A stretch of DNA of 64,000 nucleotides from assembly GCF_964355755.1 (NCBI RefSeq), contig NC_092676.1, forward strand, positions 3,883,888-3,947,887. The letters run 5' to 3'. This stretch comes from Antedon mediterranea (lineage: Eukaryota > Animalia > Echinodermata). This document shows positions 1-13,966 of the stretch, in pieces. Position numbers and translations under genes: made by a program. The notes beneath the pieces were generated by a model. The model was not told the origin of the DNA. It saw only the letters and a program-made list of their open reading frames with translations, and made no database searches. The first letter of the stretch is position 1, and every line of letters starts with the position of its first letter.

Positions 1-160
1 ATATGCAACCCATCATGACGTAATCTAATTTTATACTAAGTTCAATACGGTACATGACAGCAACTGTGCTTTTCATAAAACGCGTCGAACGTTTTCAAAA
101 ACGAAATACATGGACACGACACACGGGCAATGCAATGCGTATATATATAATACTTGTACA

Positions 161-367
161 TTCGTTCGTTCGTTCGTTTTTATTTCACAATGCATCAAAC
201 TTAATATTTTTACATAATAAGTATTAAATAAAAAAATGCAAAGCCTGGAAAAGACCAAATAAGCTCAATATAGAGCTTTAAGCCTGGTTTCACCAGTACA
301 AAATACACTAATAATTGTATCAATTACAATAGACAATAATTAAATATTAATTAAAGTAGTAGAAATA

Positions 368-443
<76 letters not shown>

Positions 444-1932
444 TTATACACAATTACGCTACAGGACAATACAAACACAACAAGAGGACAAACGTAAAGG
501 GTATAGTATATGTACTATCATATATACTTGCAGGAGGTGAGACAAAAAAAAAAAGTTTGATGAAAAAGTTTTATTAATACGATCTGTATTGTGATAAAAG
601 GAATTGTTTATATTTGGATTTGAATGTATTTAAGTTATTAGTATTTAGTAAGGATTGACTTAAATTATTCCATACTAGAGGACCATGGTATTTGATAGAA
701 TTCCGAATTGTGTTATGGGTTAAATTTATTGTGGCGTAATTGTTGGCGTTTCTTGTATTGTAGTTGTGAAATTCATTATTTTTGATGAAGAAATGTTTGA
801 AAATATTTGGAAGTTGATTGTTTGAATATCTGTGCATGAATGTGGCGATTTGTAATTTGTTAATATCGAAGATGTTTAGGGTATTAAGTTTAAAGAAAAG
901 GGACTTTGTGTGGGCTATATAGTGAGAATTGGTACAAATGCGAATAGCCCGTTTTTGGAGTTTAAAGAGTTTGTCTAATTTAGAAATATGTGTGGAAGCC
1001 CATGGACAGAGAGTTTTATTTTTAGTATCTGTAATTCCCCAAGCAATGTTACAATAGGATAGATAAGGTAAAATGAATGTGTTATATAAAGAAAAGAGGA
1101 TATTAGAGGGTAGAATATATTTAAGTTTTTTTAAGACACCGATGTTTTTTGAAATTTTATTAGCTATATTTGTTATATGGGTTTTCCAGTTTAAGTTATC
1201 ATCTATAGTTACACCAAGGAACTGAGAATAAGTAACCCTTTTGATAGGAGTGTTTTCTATATGGATTGTGTTTTGATTGTCATTGCATGTTCTATTTGGA
1301 GAAAAGTGTATATATTCAGTTTTGTTTATATTTAGTGAGAGTCTATTAAGTTTAAGCCAGTGAGATATATGTTTTATTTCCTTATTAAAAATTCTAGTTA
1401 AGGTGTTGTAGTCAGGATGGGAGGAAAAAATGTTCGTGTCGTCGGCAAACAGGACGTGTTCAAAAGAGTTGGAAGCGTTGATGATGTCGTTGACATAGAT
1501 GAGAAAAAGTAGAGGACCAAGAATTGATCCTTGGGGCACACCGCATGTTATGGGAAGAACTTCTGAGGAGTAGGAGCCGAAAGAGGTGATTTGTTGTCTG
1601 TTTTGAAGATAGTTAGAAAGTAGAGATAGAGGAGTTCCACGGATTCCATAGTGACTAAGTTTAGTTAAAAGAATTGTGTGGTTAATAGTGTCAAATGCTT
1701 TAGACAAGTCCAAAAATAAGCCAATAGTATGGTGGTTTTTAGATAAGGCGTTAGAGATTTTACTTTGAATGTCCAGGATTGCAAGATCAGTAGAATGTTT
1801 TGGTCTGAAGCCATATTGGTTATCATGAAAAGATTTATGTGAAGAAAGAAAGTTGTAAAGTCTATTGTATATAAGGCGTTCGAGTATTTTAGAAAAGCAA
1901 GGCAAAATTGAGATTGGACGGTAGTTTTCAAA
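161..1932 (-). mobile_element. 5'-truncated non-LTR retrotransposon (CR1/L2 group, Crack-like): intact RT C-terminal ORF, 3' UTR and (CGAA)n tail
   Basis: ORF from NYRPISILPCFSK through QYGFR, LDLSKAFDT, GVPQGSILGPLLF, FADDT and LWN to the stop at 574, with no internal stops. Minus strand ends AATAAAA-(CGAA)4 at ~161-186. The 5' end joins an unrelated repeat at ~1932. Confidence 0.93.
368..445. repeat. (TA)n microsatellite followed by poly-T, inside the LINE 3' UTR
   Basis: Directly visible. Confidence 0.95.
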
Positions 1933-2033
1933 GACAGAGTTTGACTTAATATTAGTAAAAAGATAAATATGTTTGCATATATGGCGTTTCATACGTATAC
2001 TACATAGAAAACCCTTATATTGGAGCAAGTCTA
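1933..2033 (-). repeat. Interspersed repeat family B, internally deleted copy
   Basis: Core TATGAAACGCCATATGTGCCAAAATATTTATCTTTTTACTAA also seen at ~6045, 16115(-), 19253, 22487-22725 (x3) and 30070. Confidence 0.8.
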
Positions 2034-2084
2034 GTATCAAGTTTAATTGTGCGTGATCAATTGATAGCCTTGGTATCACGGAAT

Positions 2085-2450
2085 TGACACGCGCGTACAA
2101 ACAGTTTTAATGGAGGCATGGTTTTCTGTACGCGCGCGTACAAACAGTGATGATTAAGACGCGGCATGATTAGCGGTAATGAACGCATGGTTTTTTTCTA
2201 CGCGCGCATAAACACAGTCATGATGAAGGCACGGCATGCTTTTTTACGCGCGTGTACAGACAATGATAATGAAGATATGTTTTTTCGTCATTGTGTTGCC
2301 TTTTAATTACACCCAGGTGCATGAGTTTTTTCTACGCGCGCGTAAAACAGTGATGATAAAGGCACGACATGCTTTTTTACGCGCGTACAGACAGTGATAA
2401 TGAAGATATGTTTTTTCGTACGTGTGTTGCCATTTTAATTACACCCAGGG
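2085..2450. repeat. Degenerate tandem repeat with TACGCGCGCGTACA(A)ACAGTGATGAT units
   Basis: About 6 imperfect units; 2225-2317 recurs at 2357-2447. Confidence 0.75.
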
Positions 2451-3432
2451 TGTTTTAATTAAAGAATCTCCGACATAATTCTTTGTACTAGGGACTGCTT
2501 TATATATTAACGTACGTGAATATTAACACATTGTTGTTTGGGATTACACTTAATATTTCATAAGTTATGGCACTTTTAGAAATTGTGTTCGTTATTAGAA
2601 TGCAGAATTGTATCAAGGTTAAGTTGTAATATCAAACAAAACAACATAATATGTCTCTGATAATTATATTTACAAATTAGACCAGTAAAACTTATTGGGA
2701 CTGTGTTGGTTCTTGAGACCAAATCTTGTAAAGTTCATTCAATAATAAATGGAAAGAACCAAGCTTAAGATTGAGCCAGGAATCAAATATTCATACGATG
2801 TCTATATTTTATTAGTACAGTTTATACCAGTGCTAAACGAACGTAGAATAATATTAGTAATTATTATATTATTATCAATTATACCACCATACTTATATCA
2901 TTTTTCAAAATTATACTGAAGCCGTATTTGAAATATTGCATTAATATAATGTAGCAGACAAGTTATACTAATTCATGTAAACTGACTATTAAGTTTTCAG
3001 TTTAGGTATGAAACTTAACCCGTTTCACATGACGATTTTATTCGATTATCTATCCGTTAACAGATTCTTTTCAGTCGTCGGTTTTATATAACGCCATTTA
3101 TGTGTGATAAACAGTATTCATTCGGCGCATGCTCGTTTCAAAAAGTTTTTGTAACTATTGCAAACAGCGAAGTTACGTTAGTGATGTTCCACGAAGAAAA
3201 CTATAATAATGCGCGCAATCAAATCTTGATGAAATTGTACGACTTTTAAAGGCGCGTAAACGTTGTATTTTCTTAAATAAATTTCAAAGAATTGAATTAG
3301 GATGTTTTAATTAATAAAAGCACACATATCGTATATTGCACATAGCAGAATATAGTCGTCCCACACTCCTATTACAAATCATTTATCCGCTACTGAGAAG
3401 GAGCTTATCCATTGTTTGAACCATACTCCTTA

Positions 3433-3621
3433 TGCTTGGTTTCCACTAGCGACGCAACGTAAGAAAATGCCCTTCCAATCATTGCGTTTGCCCCCGCTTA
3501 CGTGAAATCAAACCTGTGATGTTTGCAGCACTATTGCGTCGTCGGTTTCCACTAGTGATTACGCAATACAAAATTTTGCGTCGATACGTCGCTGCGTTGC
3601 GTGCTAGTGGGAACCACACCT
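3433..3621. mobile_element. MITE family C (TIR AGCTTGGTTCCCACTAG, TWA flanks; PIF/Harbinger-like)
   Basis: Terminal inverted repeats; near-identical copies at 11179-11366 and 25813-26000. Confidence 0.8.
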
Positions 3622-4975
3622 TAAGATGTATGTAATAAAAATGTATGTTTATCTATTTATCGTCGATCGTTACCGTCGTAGTGTAAATGGGCCTTTACAC
3701 TACTATTCACTAATTTAATTATCTCCACTTACTATCATAACTGCATGTGAATGTATGAGATATAAAAAGAAACATAGGCCTACAACTACCCCTTGGCCTA
3801 ACATGCATTAATATAAATTAAATTGTCTAACGATCGTTTTTCTCTCATTCTATTATGTCATAAATGATAAATTTGTGGTAGACATTTCCACGACAAATGA
3901 CAGACCATTCAATTATTTCATCTAAATAAACCATAAATATTTATTTCACAATTACACCTAAGTGATATATTATATATGTATTTAATAAGTTGTTGGACGA
4001 GCCTAATGAACGTCTAGCCGGTCATGCGCACTATAGTTTTATAATATGACTCATAAACATACAATTTGTTGTATAACATTTTAGTTGAAATTGTATGTAA
4101 GGTCTATTAATATTGATAACAGAAGTTACTTATTAGAGGAATAATGTATGTTTCACTATTAAAAAACACTAAAAGTGGTTTATGTAAGCTTGGCCACATT
4201 AAACCAATTTGGAAAACAATTTCTATCGTAGGCCTGTAATATTTTATTCCGATTGAATCATGGCTTCGAATAGATAAACATGCATTACGCAGCTAAGCAC
4301 ACCAATTGGAGATTCACCATAAAATATTCCATTAGAATCAAAAGTTATCAAATATAGTTAAAAGCAGAAATAAATGGGCAAGAAAGGCCAATTAATTTAG
4401 ATATGACACGCAAAACCCACATTAAAAGAATATTGAATCGGCTATCCAATAACTAAGCTAACCGCCGAACCAAATCCAAGGAGGAGCAATAACCTAAAAT
4501 ACTCAATAAAAGGTTAACCATGTCATATTGGATAAAAAGAAACAGGCCTACATTTTCTTCGATGACAGGTCATAAAAAAAAAAATAAGTGAATTCAAAAA
4601 TAATATTTTATAGTGGGGAATAATATTGCAAAATAAACTGTGGTACTTTAAACTGGCGTTTCTATCTCTACGATCAAGTGTGCGCCTGCGCAAAAATAGT
4701 ATATATTTTGTAATCTGAACATTTTTTATGTCAATGCTAAAAAATGTGAAGTTGCAAAATTAATGTCATTAATATTTTGTGCAAAAATAATTATCCCATC
4801 ATAACAATTAGATATCTAATTTTAAAAAGTAAAATATGTAAACAAATTTGCGTCAACCTCATTTCATAATTTAGGACCAGAATTGAATCTTAGTTTCATA
4901 AATGGAACATGGATTGTGCGTGAATTTTATAAATTACATTTGGAACGTAGCTGACGAATAGCTAACAAAATATTA

Positions 4976-5098
4976 AGCTCTGTCTACACTATCGAACTTT
5001 ATGTGACAAAGAATGTGAAGTGCCCATATATGAACATGATGACATCATATCACTACCATATTTGGGCACATCACATATTTGATAGTGTAGACAGAGCT
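4976..5098. mobile_element. MITE family A (TIR AGCTCTGTCTACACTATC, TTA target duplication; PIF/Harbinger Tourist-like)
   Basis: TIRs with TTA on both sides (4973-4975 and 5099-5101); about 10 copies in the window. Confidence 0.85.
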
Positions 5099-5568
5099 TT
5101 AGAAATTGTTGAGGGCAGCAAACTATTAACATATTTAAACATAAAAGTGGAAATTTGAAGTTTTATCGTATTTTTGGAATATTTATTTTTGTTTTTAAGA
5201 GGTTCTGGGGGTGAATCAAATCCATCCTCTCTAATTGCGTGTGAACACAACTTATTACAATTCAATCTCAAATTGAATCTGCATTAAAAACAGATTACTG
5301 ATTCTGCTTTAAAAGTCAAGAACATTTAAAACAATTTTATGCACCAATTACCGTGTAAACCACTACCATCACATGTATGTATTTTTAATGATACATTTTG
5401 TTTAATGTATTCTTATCTATTTTTAATTACATTTATATTATAAATCAGGTATCAAGGTGACTGTAAAGTCAAGCTAAGTTAAGCTTCGGAAATGGGGCGC
5501 GGAAAGAGGCAATTGCCTGAATATCCATACGCGGTTCTAACTCGTTAACGTTCTGTTGCACACCGTAA

Positions 5569-6219
5569 AGCACTGTCTACACTATCGAACTTTTAGACTT
5601 GCCCCAAGTCTGTATTATAAATATGTTGATTATAAATTGTAGGCATTTGGATGTTCTAACTTTTAAACACCTTGCATCCAAAACTGATAGTGGAAAGCAT
5701 TGTATCCCAACCAGATTTATTCGTTTGTGGAATACACTACCGGTCAATATTAAAGACGTCTTTGTTTGCGGAAAAGAAATACTAATGGACCACTAAAAAT
5801 ACTATGCCTCTCTAATGTATACAATTATGGTATTAATATTACATATATTTACATTGTTTTATGTTTTAATGTATGCTTTGAGTGCTGGTGTGGCACGCCT
5901 TATGGCGACAGTGGTCCTTTGACCTCTTTTGCCACTCCTTGGCACACTCAAAGTTTATGTGTTATTTTAATTTTGCTATTAAAATTAATAAAATAAAAAA
6001 TTTCGAGGCTTTTTGATGTTTGTCTGAAATACAAGTAGTATATGTATGAAACGCCATATGTGCCAAAATATTTATCTTTTTACTAATGTTAAGTCAAAAC
6101 TGGAACATAAAGTTTGATGATGTCATAGCACTAGCACTACCATATCTGGGTATATCACTACCATAGTTGGGCACATCACACGTTTTTGGTCAAATTAGTT
6201 TGATAGTGTAAATGGAGCT
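5569..6219. mobile_element. Nested insertion: MITE A split by repeat B, which contains a LINE 3' fragment
   Basis: MITE A left TIR 5569-5593 and right half ~6106-6219. Repeat B start TAGACTTGCCCCAAG at 5594 and core at ~6045. The LINE C-terminal motif RFIRLWNTLPVNIK and an AATAAA tail lie between them. Confidence 0.7.
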
Positions 6220-8914
6220 TTGGCTATCGAACGTTGCGCGTTCGTCAAATATGTATTACTGTGACGTCACACATGTTAATGTACGCTGAAACATCTTGGT
6301 TTGTATGTCATTAAAAACAAGCATTTGCTCCTCATTTTTGCTGTTGATTATAATTTTCCAAAATGTTGATGTCCATGAGTATTGCCATTTTATTAGTTGA
6401 ATAATTCCATCGTCTTTAAGTTGTTACACGTTAATGAGCATGCGTGAAAATTGCTTATAGGAGACGATTACACTCGTCATTTTCTACAATACAATTTTAG
6501 CACTTTATTTTGCCGAAGGGAACTCAATCTGGATTGGAAGTCGCTTTCACCTGCTCTCCATCTACTCTCTTGACAACGTTCAATACATTTCTACATAAAA
6601 TGCATTTCTATTTATATCTAGTCTTAATATCTATATATATAGGGCTATTCGTACGACGTATATAAGAAATGTAAAAAAGGTGTCAAACTTGTGCATAATT
6701 TATTATTAACATATATCACAAGTTAATTTGACCTTTGACTTTTGTATTTGTATTATTATTTACTTGCATTCTAGGAATATTTTATTTTTAGTTGAGCTTG
6801 AGGCTGTAGGCTACTATCATTCTAATTACCATTCCTAGGTACGCATTGAAATACAATTATACGGCATACAAAATACTATTGTATTGTTCAAATAAATAAT
6901 CATCTTCCAACATAGTGGATTCAACGTTGTTTATAGTTACCATAGTAATGTTTCACCCAACATGCGAATGATTATTAAAATGAGTATATATACTTATCGA
7001 AAAATAATGAAAAGGGTTCTATCGCTCAAGCTTGCTTGTTTCCATTTGGTTTGTGGACACATGATGCAACTCAATCTTGCTTCGTGATTGGTCAACTTAC
7101 TTGCGCGTAGGTCCTTTCGTTGTGTTCTAGTGGGAACAAAGCTTAAAGTTGTTCTTCTCAGTGGACTATAGACTTAAGCACTATAGGGGATGGCTTTTAT
7201 TGCCTGGGCTCTTATTTCTTTCAACTTGTCAGTTGTAATACCGTTACTAACACAAGTTGTTTTTGTTTGTTTTTTTAAGAGATGTATCTGGCCAAAGAAA
7301 ACGTTGAAAATACTGTATATCGATAGGCAAAATGAGTTGAGCAAAACTTTGACGTGCCATTTTGAAGATGCATTTTTTTCCGATTATTTCTATGCCAGCC
7401 TCAGTATCAGTTTACGGTGTTTGGTGGCACTTGCATTCGCTTCAGACTCAAAGTGAGTGCACATTAAATATAAAATCTTTACAAAAAAAAAAAAACAAGA
7501 CAAATTTAGATTGTAGATACAGGCCTAGTTTTGACGTCTGTAAGTGTTATGTGTACGCGGCTTTTATCATTGTCGGTGTCCTTTGAATAGATCACTTGCA
7601 CATTAATCATTGAACTTGTGTAAATATACGAATCAAACAAAATGACGAAGAGCATTAACATTCTATAAAGAATAAACTATCAGAATCTATCACGTTTTGG
7701 CCACTGCGTCGAATATATAAATAAAGTGTTTTAAAACTAACGTCTAAAATAGAAATTTTAATAGTGAAATATGTAAATTATCAGCCTAAAATAAAATACT
7801 GTAAAAGGTTAAATATTCATCTTTTTATCCATTTTTTTGTAATTAAAGAATACAATACCAGAGAACTTATCACCCCATGTCCTCTGCATCGAAAGTGTTC
7901 GAAAACATAGTGAAGTAAAATCGTGTACAAGATGAAATAGTAAGGCAAATTACTGAAACAATGACAATGCTGTGGGTATTAGTGGCTGGATCTCAATGGA
8001 GACACAAACTAAAATAAGCAAAAAGCTCAATCAAAACGATAAAGTAAAACAGACAGAAAAAGTAGCAGAACTTTCTGGCAACACTAGCTTTTCATCGGTG
8101 CAAGTCTTTTATTTATTCTTTTATTTTATTGTAATTTTTGACTACTTTATTCGTGTCTTTTTTTATGTTGGTGATTTTTAAAATAGAATACTCTAATTAT
8201 ATTATTGTTATTAGTTAAACTTTCCTTTAATTTAGAATTGTCTAGAAGTACCCGAAGGCAAACCATTTAGGCCTAAATTTGGTTGTTGTTTATGTTGATA
8301 TAAACCTTCTTCGCGAATATTTTTCTAGATATTTTGAAAGATAACGCGCGCGTATGACGTACCAGGAAGTATCAGTTTCTGTACGCGCAGGTAAACATTC
8401 TGGCACTAAACCTCCACTACTTCATATCCATATATGGGCACATCACATTTGTTGTTGTCTCATAAAGTTTGATAGTGTAGACAGAGCTTTATAGACAACA
8501 ACTAATGAGTTGTAAACTAACTTAATATCAAACAGCATCATTGACCAAAATAACTACTTAAATTAGCTCAAATAGTAAGTTATGAAACAACACAACATGT
8601 AATAAACGTCAAATTTGTTCAAGGATAAGTATTATGAATGATTTACCACAATAAACAGATGTTTATTTTGATGCCCAAAACCCTAAATTTAAAAACGGTG
8701 AATTGAATTCCCTCACTCAATCTTTTGATTGACACCATTCTCCACATCCCTGATGATTTAAATGAAGAATAAAAATGATGACAAAAATAACGTGATGGTA
8801 TATTTGTATACGAATCGTATTGATAACTTGCATCAAGGACAATGTAATAATTCTTAGCATGCGATTGTTTTTAAACGCGACATCACGTTTTCAACGATTT
8901 AAATTTCGCCACAA

Positions 8915-9165
8915 GAAGACAGACAAGTTGACGCGCGCATAGAAATAATGATGAAATAACACATCTGATACGCGCGCGCGATTTCAAATATCGTCGCTAA
9001 CGCCACACAAGGAGACAGACAAGTTGACGCGCGCCTAAATATAATGATGAATCACACATTTGTTACACCCAATTTCAAAAATCGTTGCTAACGTCACAAG
9101 GAGACAGACAAGTTGACGCGCGCCTAAAAATAATGATGACATCACAAATCCGGTACGCGCGCGCT
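8915..9165. repeat. Tandem ~90-bp repeat (GAGACAGACAAGTTGACGCGCGC..AATAATGATGA) x3
   Basis: Units at ~8916, 9012 and 9102. Confidence 0.8.
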
Positions 9166-11178
9166 TCCACCTTTTCTGTGTATAAATATACGCACTACTT
9201 TTGTTTACCCTTGGGGGATTGTGTGAATGGTGTCACTGTTACCGCAATAATTGGAATTTTGTCTAACGCTATAAATGTGTTTAACCAGTAAAACAAACCG
9301 AGATATTACTTTTTGTACACATTTTTCGCCACCTTCCGCCAAGTTCGTAAATTACGCTAATGTCATACACCACTTAACACCCACAGTGTTATCGATATGT
9401 TTATGATGATACTATTTGGTAAGAAAAAACAAAGAATAGACGCTTATGCATTATTACGTCACTTTTAAATTCCCGCGTAGGCCTGGAGTTAAAGATGTAT
9501 TGTCCCACAAAAACATGAAAAATGAAGATTTTTTAATAGGTTTCGATAAGACCATTTCGTAGGCTTAATAGTCATAGTCATATATACTTTATTGTCCATT
9601 TAAAAAAAAAACAGAAATGTGATTTGAAAACTGGCAAAATACAAAAATATAAATATAAAATACAAATTACAAAAACACACACAAAAAGTTAAGAGGCTAC
9701 AAATTGTTAAAATTAGATAAATATTATTATTATTTTTTGTATTATATGATTTATTATTATATTGCTCTAACGATGATTTAAATTTTATATAAAAGCATTA
9801 AAAATACATGCGTGAGCTATAAAAATAAACAAAAGCGGTTACATTTTATCTTTGTACTCTGGAGTTATATAAGTGTATAGCATTAGTTACAAACGAGCAC
9901 CTAAACCGTTTTGTTTTGGTATTAAGTGCACGGAGTCTTATGCCAGAATTCATGAGGGCAAATTGTTTGTGAAGAGGATGTGTTTCATCATCAATGATAC
10001 TTTTTAGTTTTTTTAATAAAGTTAATCACCTTCGTGGGAAAAAAATAAAAGGGTTAAATTCAACCAAAAACCAATTGACTTCCAGTCAACTTGACTATTT
10101 TTTGCTTTAAACAGTTTTTCAGGTATATAATTTTTCTTTCGATCCAATTTTTTGTCAAAGTGACTATTAACTAAGTAACTATTTATGTGACATTAAAATA
10201 GCATATTCAACAAAACATTTAAAATAATTATTTTTAATAAGACAATTAACGCCCCCAACGATTTACTATGATTATATACCAAATACAAAATGTGGACGTT
10301 TGCCATTTCCATTTAAATATTCTGTAAAAGTTCATTGATAAACGATTTAAACTTTGGCCTTAGACTTTAATAATTCTAATAAAATAATGCAATATGGTAA
10401 TATTGTTGTATCTTTAAAATTAGTCCCCAGTGAAAAAAAAAATGGTTTGAATTCGAAATATTCCTCCCACTCGTTACTGGTATGTACATAAATACAATGA
10501 CATATCGTTTTATGCATACATAATGTGGTATTACAAATATCTGTTCTATAACATCTCTCTTCTTCATTTTAATCAAGAATACTAATTAAAAATTAATGAT
10601 CATAAATTATTTATTATTATAATTAGATCGTACATTTTGAAAAATTATATTATTTTGTTGATCATTGTTTAATATTCATTAAATAGGCCTAATTGGAATT
10701 TGTAATGCAATATGTAAGATTTCGAATGTCAGAGATTTACATGTCGTGTTTTTTTTTATAATATCGATGGTAACATTTAACTTATGGGCCGGTTCAGACT
10801 TGTTTACCCCGGGTAAGAACGTATAATGGTGCTAATTTAAACTGTATTTCGTTACTTCTTGCACGAAATTGTTCACACGTCAAAATAGGTAAACGTCGCT
10901 GCTTACGTCTGCTTTATTTCCCGCGTCAATTCGATTTCGTTTCCGGTTTGTTTGTATTGGAGCAAGTCCATGATTAAAACATGGACCTATACATTTACAA
11001 GGTCCATGATTGGAGTAATGTATAATGTGATTAGATACAATGTATAGTTAGTTCGCAGCAGTTTATCAACATCCAAACAAAGTTAAATATGGCTAAATTA
11101 TATCATACGATAATTACTTGATACAACTTTAAACGGATCCCAGTGAGTGAACGTACCATCACTGTATAGGCCTACTTA

Positions 11179-11366
11179 AGCGTGGTTCCCACTAGAACGC
11201 AACGCAGCGACGTATCGACGCAAAATGTTGTATTGCGTAATCACAAGTGGGAACCGACGACGCAATAGTGCTGCAAATATCGTAGGTTTGATTTCACGCA
11301 TGTGGGGGCAAACGCAATGATTGGAAGGGCATTTTCTTACGTTGCGTCGCTAGTGGGAAGCAAGCC
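11179..11366. mobile_element. MITE family C
   Basis: TIRs and internal identity to 3433-3621, in opposite orientation. Confidence 0.8.
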
Positions 11367-12899
11367 GTGTACTGTATTTGTACGGTCATGTTATGTGTTA
11401 TTCCTTAGACGCTATATACCGTTGATTAGTATAGATGAACATGTGATGTGCACTGTGCGGGAGTCTCTTTAAACATCGAGCCAAGATGACGAATGTATTT
11501 TTAGGCAGGTGTTAATAAAGTAAGCGATAGCTTTCAATGTAACTATAAGAAATGCCGTTGTATTAAAATACCCCCTACTCACCCATTACATTACACAAAT
11601 TGCATAAATCCGATATCGTAATTGATTTAATGCAGCAAATATTGTATTACCCTACGAGGTGTCATTTATGTTATATCATATCTAATACATATATAAAATT
11701 CAGATCACTTTTCATATTATATCATTTCTATCAGTAAATATTGTATCGCTAACATGGAATATTCCCACTCTATAGCCTGCTAATATATATTTCAATATTT
11801 AAAGTATCACTCCGTATGTGATGATATTTCTTCTTTTAAGTCTGCAAGTTAAAGGAATCAGCATCCACATCTTAACCACCCTCCCCCTCACCTTTCACCT
11901 CCCCCAGCCCCCGGGATCAAGCTTAATCTTTTATAATAAAATGTCATGACGTCATAGCCAATTAATTATTACGTTTTAAAAACAGGAAGAAAGCTTGCTT
12001 ATTATATTACAAATAAAATAGATCGTGTGAACGCACACTTAATCTTATATGCGTACGTGCACGTATTATACAATATTTCTACGCATGCGTACAATAATAC
12101 ATACTATAATATCAACATTTGTACGCGCGCGTCGTGTTATGGTAATTCATAAATACCATTATGATAGTAAACCCATTAAAACGTAACTTAATATTGATAA
12201 ATGTTTTGATATAGGTTAACTTAATACTTTGTACTTGTTAACGTATATCTTGGAAAATATAGTTTGTGTTAGTGTCCATGTCACGTGCTTACATTTCATT
12301 CTGCGTTTCGAAGAATTGTGATATGTGTCATTTATAAGAAAGGCCTCACGTATCTTTCAAAAGCTATCATTGGTCTATTTTTAATATGTATAACATTTCA
12401 AAACGATTATTTTTGGATGGAAAATGTGGGTGTAGAACTGAACATTAGACCAATATGAAATTTGATATCAATATTATTTACAGTGAGACAATTTGGGATT
12501 TAACGGAGTACTACGCGCATGCTCACATAACAATTGATTCTGTGATAACTTCACCTACCTTAATTTTATAGTTTTCGTGGAAAATTGTCTCCTAAAGGGT
12601 AGATCCGGGTTCAAAATTTCAATTCATTATGAAAAATGAATATAACCTTTCAAAATAAACGATAAAAACCTCATTTATTTTAAAAGCAGAACCAGCGTCG
12701 CGAAATAAGCTCTTTTTAAAAGTGATGTTACTGGAGTTTTCGTAATTATATAAGGTATGAAAGTAACCAAATACAATTTGAATTTAAAAAGAAAAGAAAA
12801 AAAAACTACGTTTATATACTATTTCTATAAAAATGGCATCCGGTTTTACGATTGTAAGTCATTTTTTTATTCATTTTATTACTCTTCTCGAATAATGAA

Positions 12900-13062
12900 C
12901 TGGGTTCTGTAAAGTGCACATAGGTTATCAACTATGTACACTGGACCTACGGTTTATAGTCCTGGGACTAGGAGCGAGTCGGCCTCGAACCCATGCCAAT
13001 ATTGTTGGCTCTTTAGGTACGGTACGGCGCCTCTGCCTTAACCGCTCGGCCGTTTGACTCGC
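12900..13062 (-). mobile_element. tRNA-derived SINE with partial Deu/Nin-type central domain
   Basis: Minus strand: GCGAGTC..GACTCGC acceptor-like stem, A box GGCCGAGCGG, B box GGTTCGAGGCC, then GGACTATAAACCGTAGGTCCAGTGTAC, shared with 45897-46113. Confidence 0.8.
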
Positions 13063-13358
13063 TAATTTAAATGTTATAACATTATTCAACCATGGAGAAA
13101 TAAGTTATATTCCATGCTTCACTTCAAAAATAATTACACTTTATTTACACGAATGTGTTTGATTGTCTATTTACACGAATGTGTTTGATTGTCGTGCACA
13201 TGCGCACTCCACACTGACAACTTGAGCCTTATGTCTTGCAGGCAATTTACTCCCTGTTGCTTCAGTCGTACGCTCATTAAGTACATTTGCTAATTTATAA
13301 AAGAACTAATTTAATTTTAATTAAGTTATAAAAGATATAATATTTAACTAGAACTTAC

Positions 13359-13408
13359 CACCACAGCTTTCAATGTTTAAAGCAGGCTGAAGCCACCGCA
13401 ATCACGTT
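13359..13408 (-). other. Putative 50-nt non-coding (5' UTR) exon
   Basis: Strong acceptor TTTTTTTTACAG and donor GTAAGT; stops in all three frames. Confidence 0.4.
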
Positions 13409-13579
13409 CTGTAAAAAAAATGACATTGATAGTAAAATACCCACAATGGTACGATAAAACAATTTGATTTAACTCTGATTAAAAGCTGTAGAGAACATCC
13501 CAGTTATTCCAATTATGTAATAGATAATCTGATAACGTCAAAGATCTTTCTCTTAAACATAACGTTAATACATTTTATT

Positions 13580-13966
13580 CTATTTACAATAGGGCGTTAA
13601 TGATCGACGATAAAAAGATAAATATGCATTTTTCATACCTAAAACAAAGAATTTAAAAAAGTTTTCATTCTAGAACTATAGGATTATCATCTATGCTGCC
13701 TTTGATGAAAATAATATTTCCACACGTCCAATCAAAGGACGTCATGATAGCAATAGTATCGTTACAATACAACAATTTTATTGTTTTTATTGATCATGAC
13801 GTCATTTAATTGGATTTTTAAGAATATTATTTTTATCAAATACAGCGTACATGATTATCCTATAGTTCTAGGATGAAAACTGTTCTAATTTCTTTTATTT
13901 TATCCAAGAAAAATCTATGTTTATCTATTTATCGTCAATCGTGATCGCCATAGTGTAAATGGGCCA
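13580..13966. mobile_element. Palindromic MITE ending TAGTGTAAATGGGCC (Harbinger-like)
   Basis: Long imperfect inverted arms; the same right end occurs at ~3640-3694. Confidence 0.6.

Noticed and set aside
1933-2100. N-terminal ~55 aa of the 508-aa ORF as a novel RT fusion domain
   Set aside because: It is chance read-through into repeat B and flanking DNA beyond the LINE truncation point, and it starts at a non-ATG codon
12974-13062. Functional tRNA genes here and at 18381-18449 and 48270-48335
   Set aside because: A and B boxes are present but the arms are irregular and they continue into repeat bodies; treated as SINE or repeat heads
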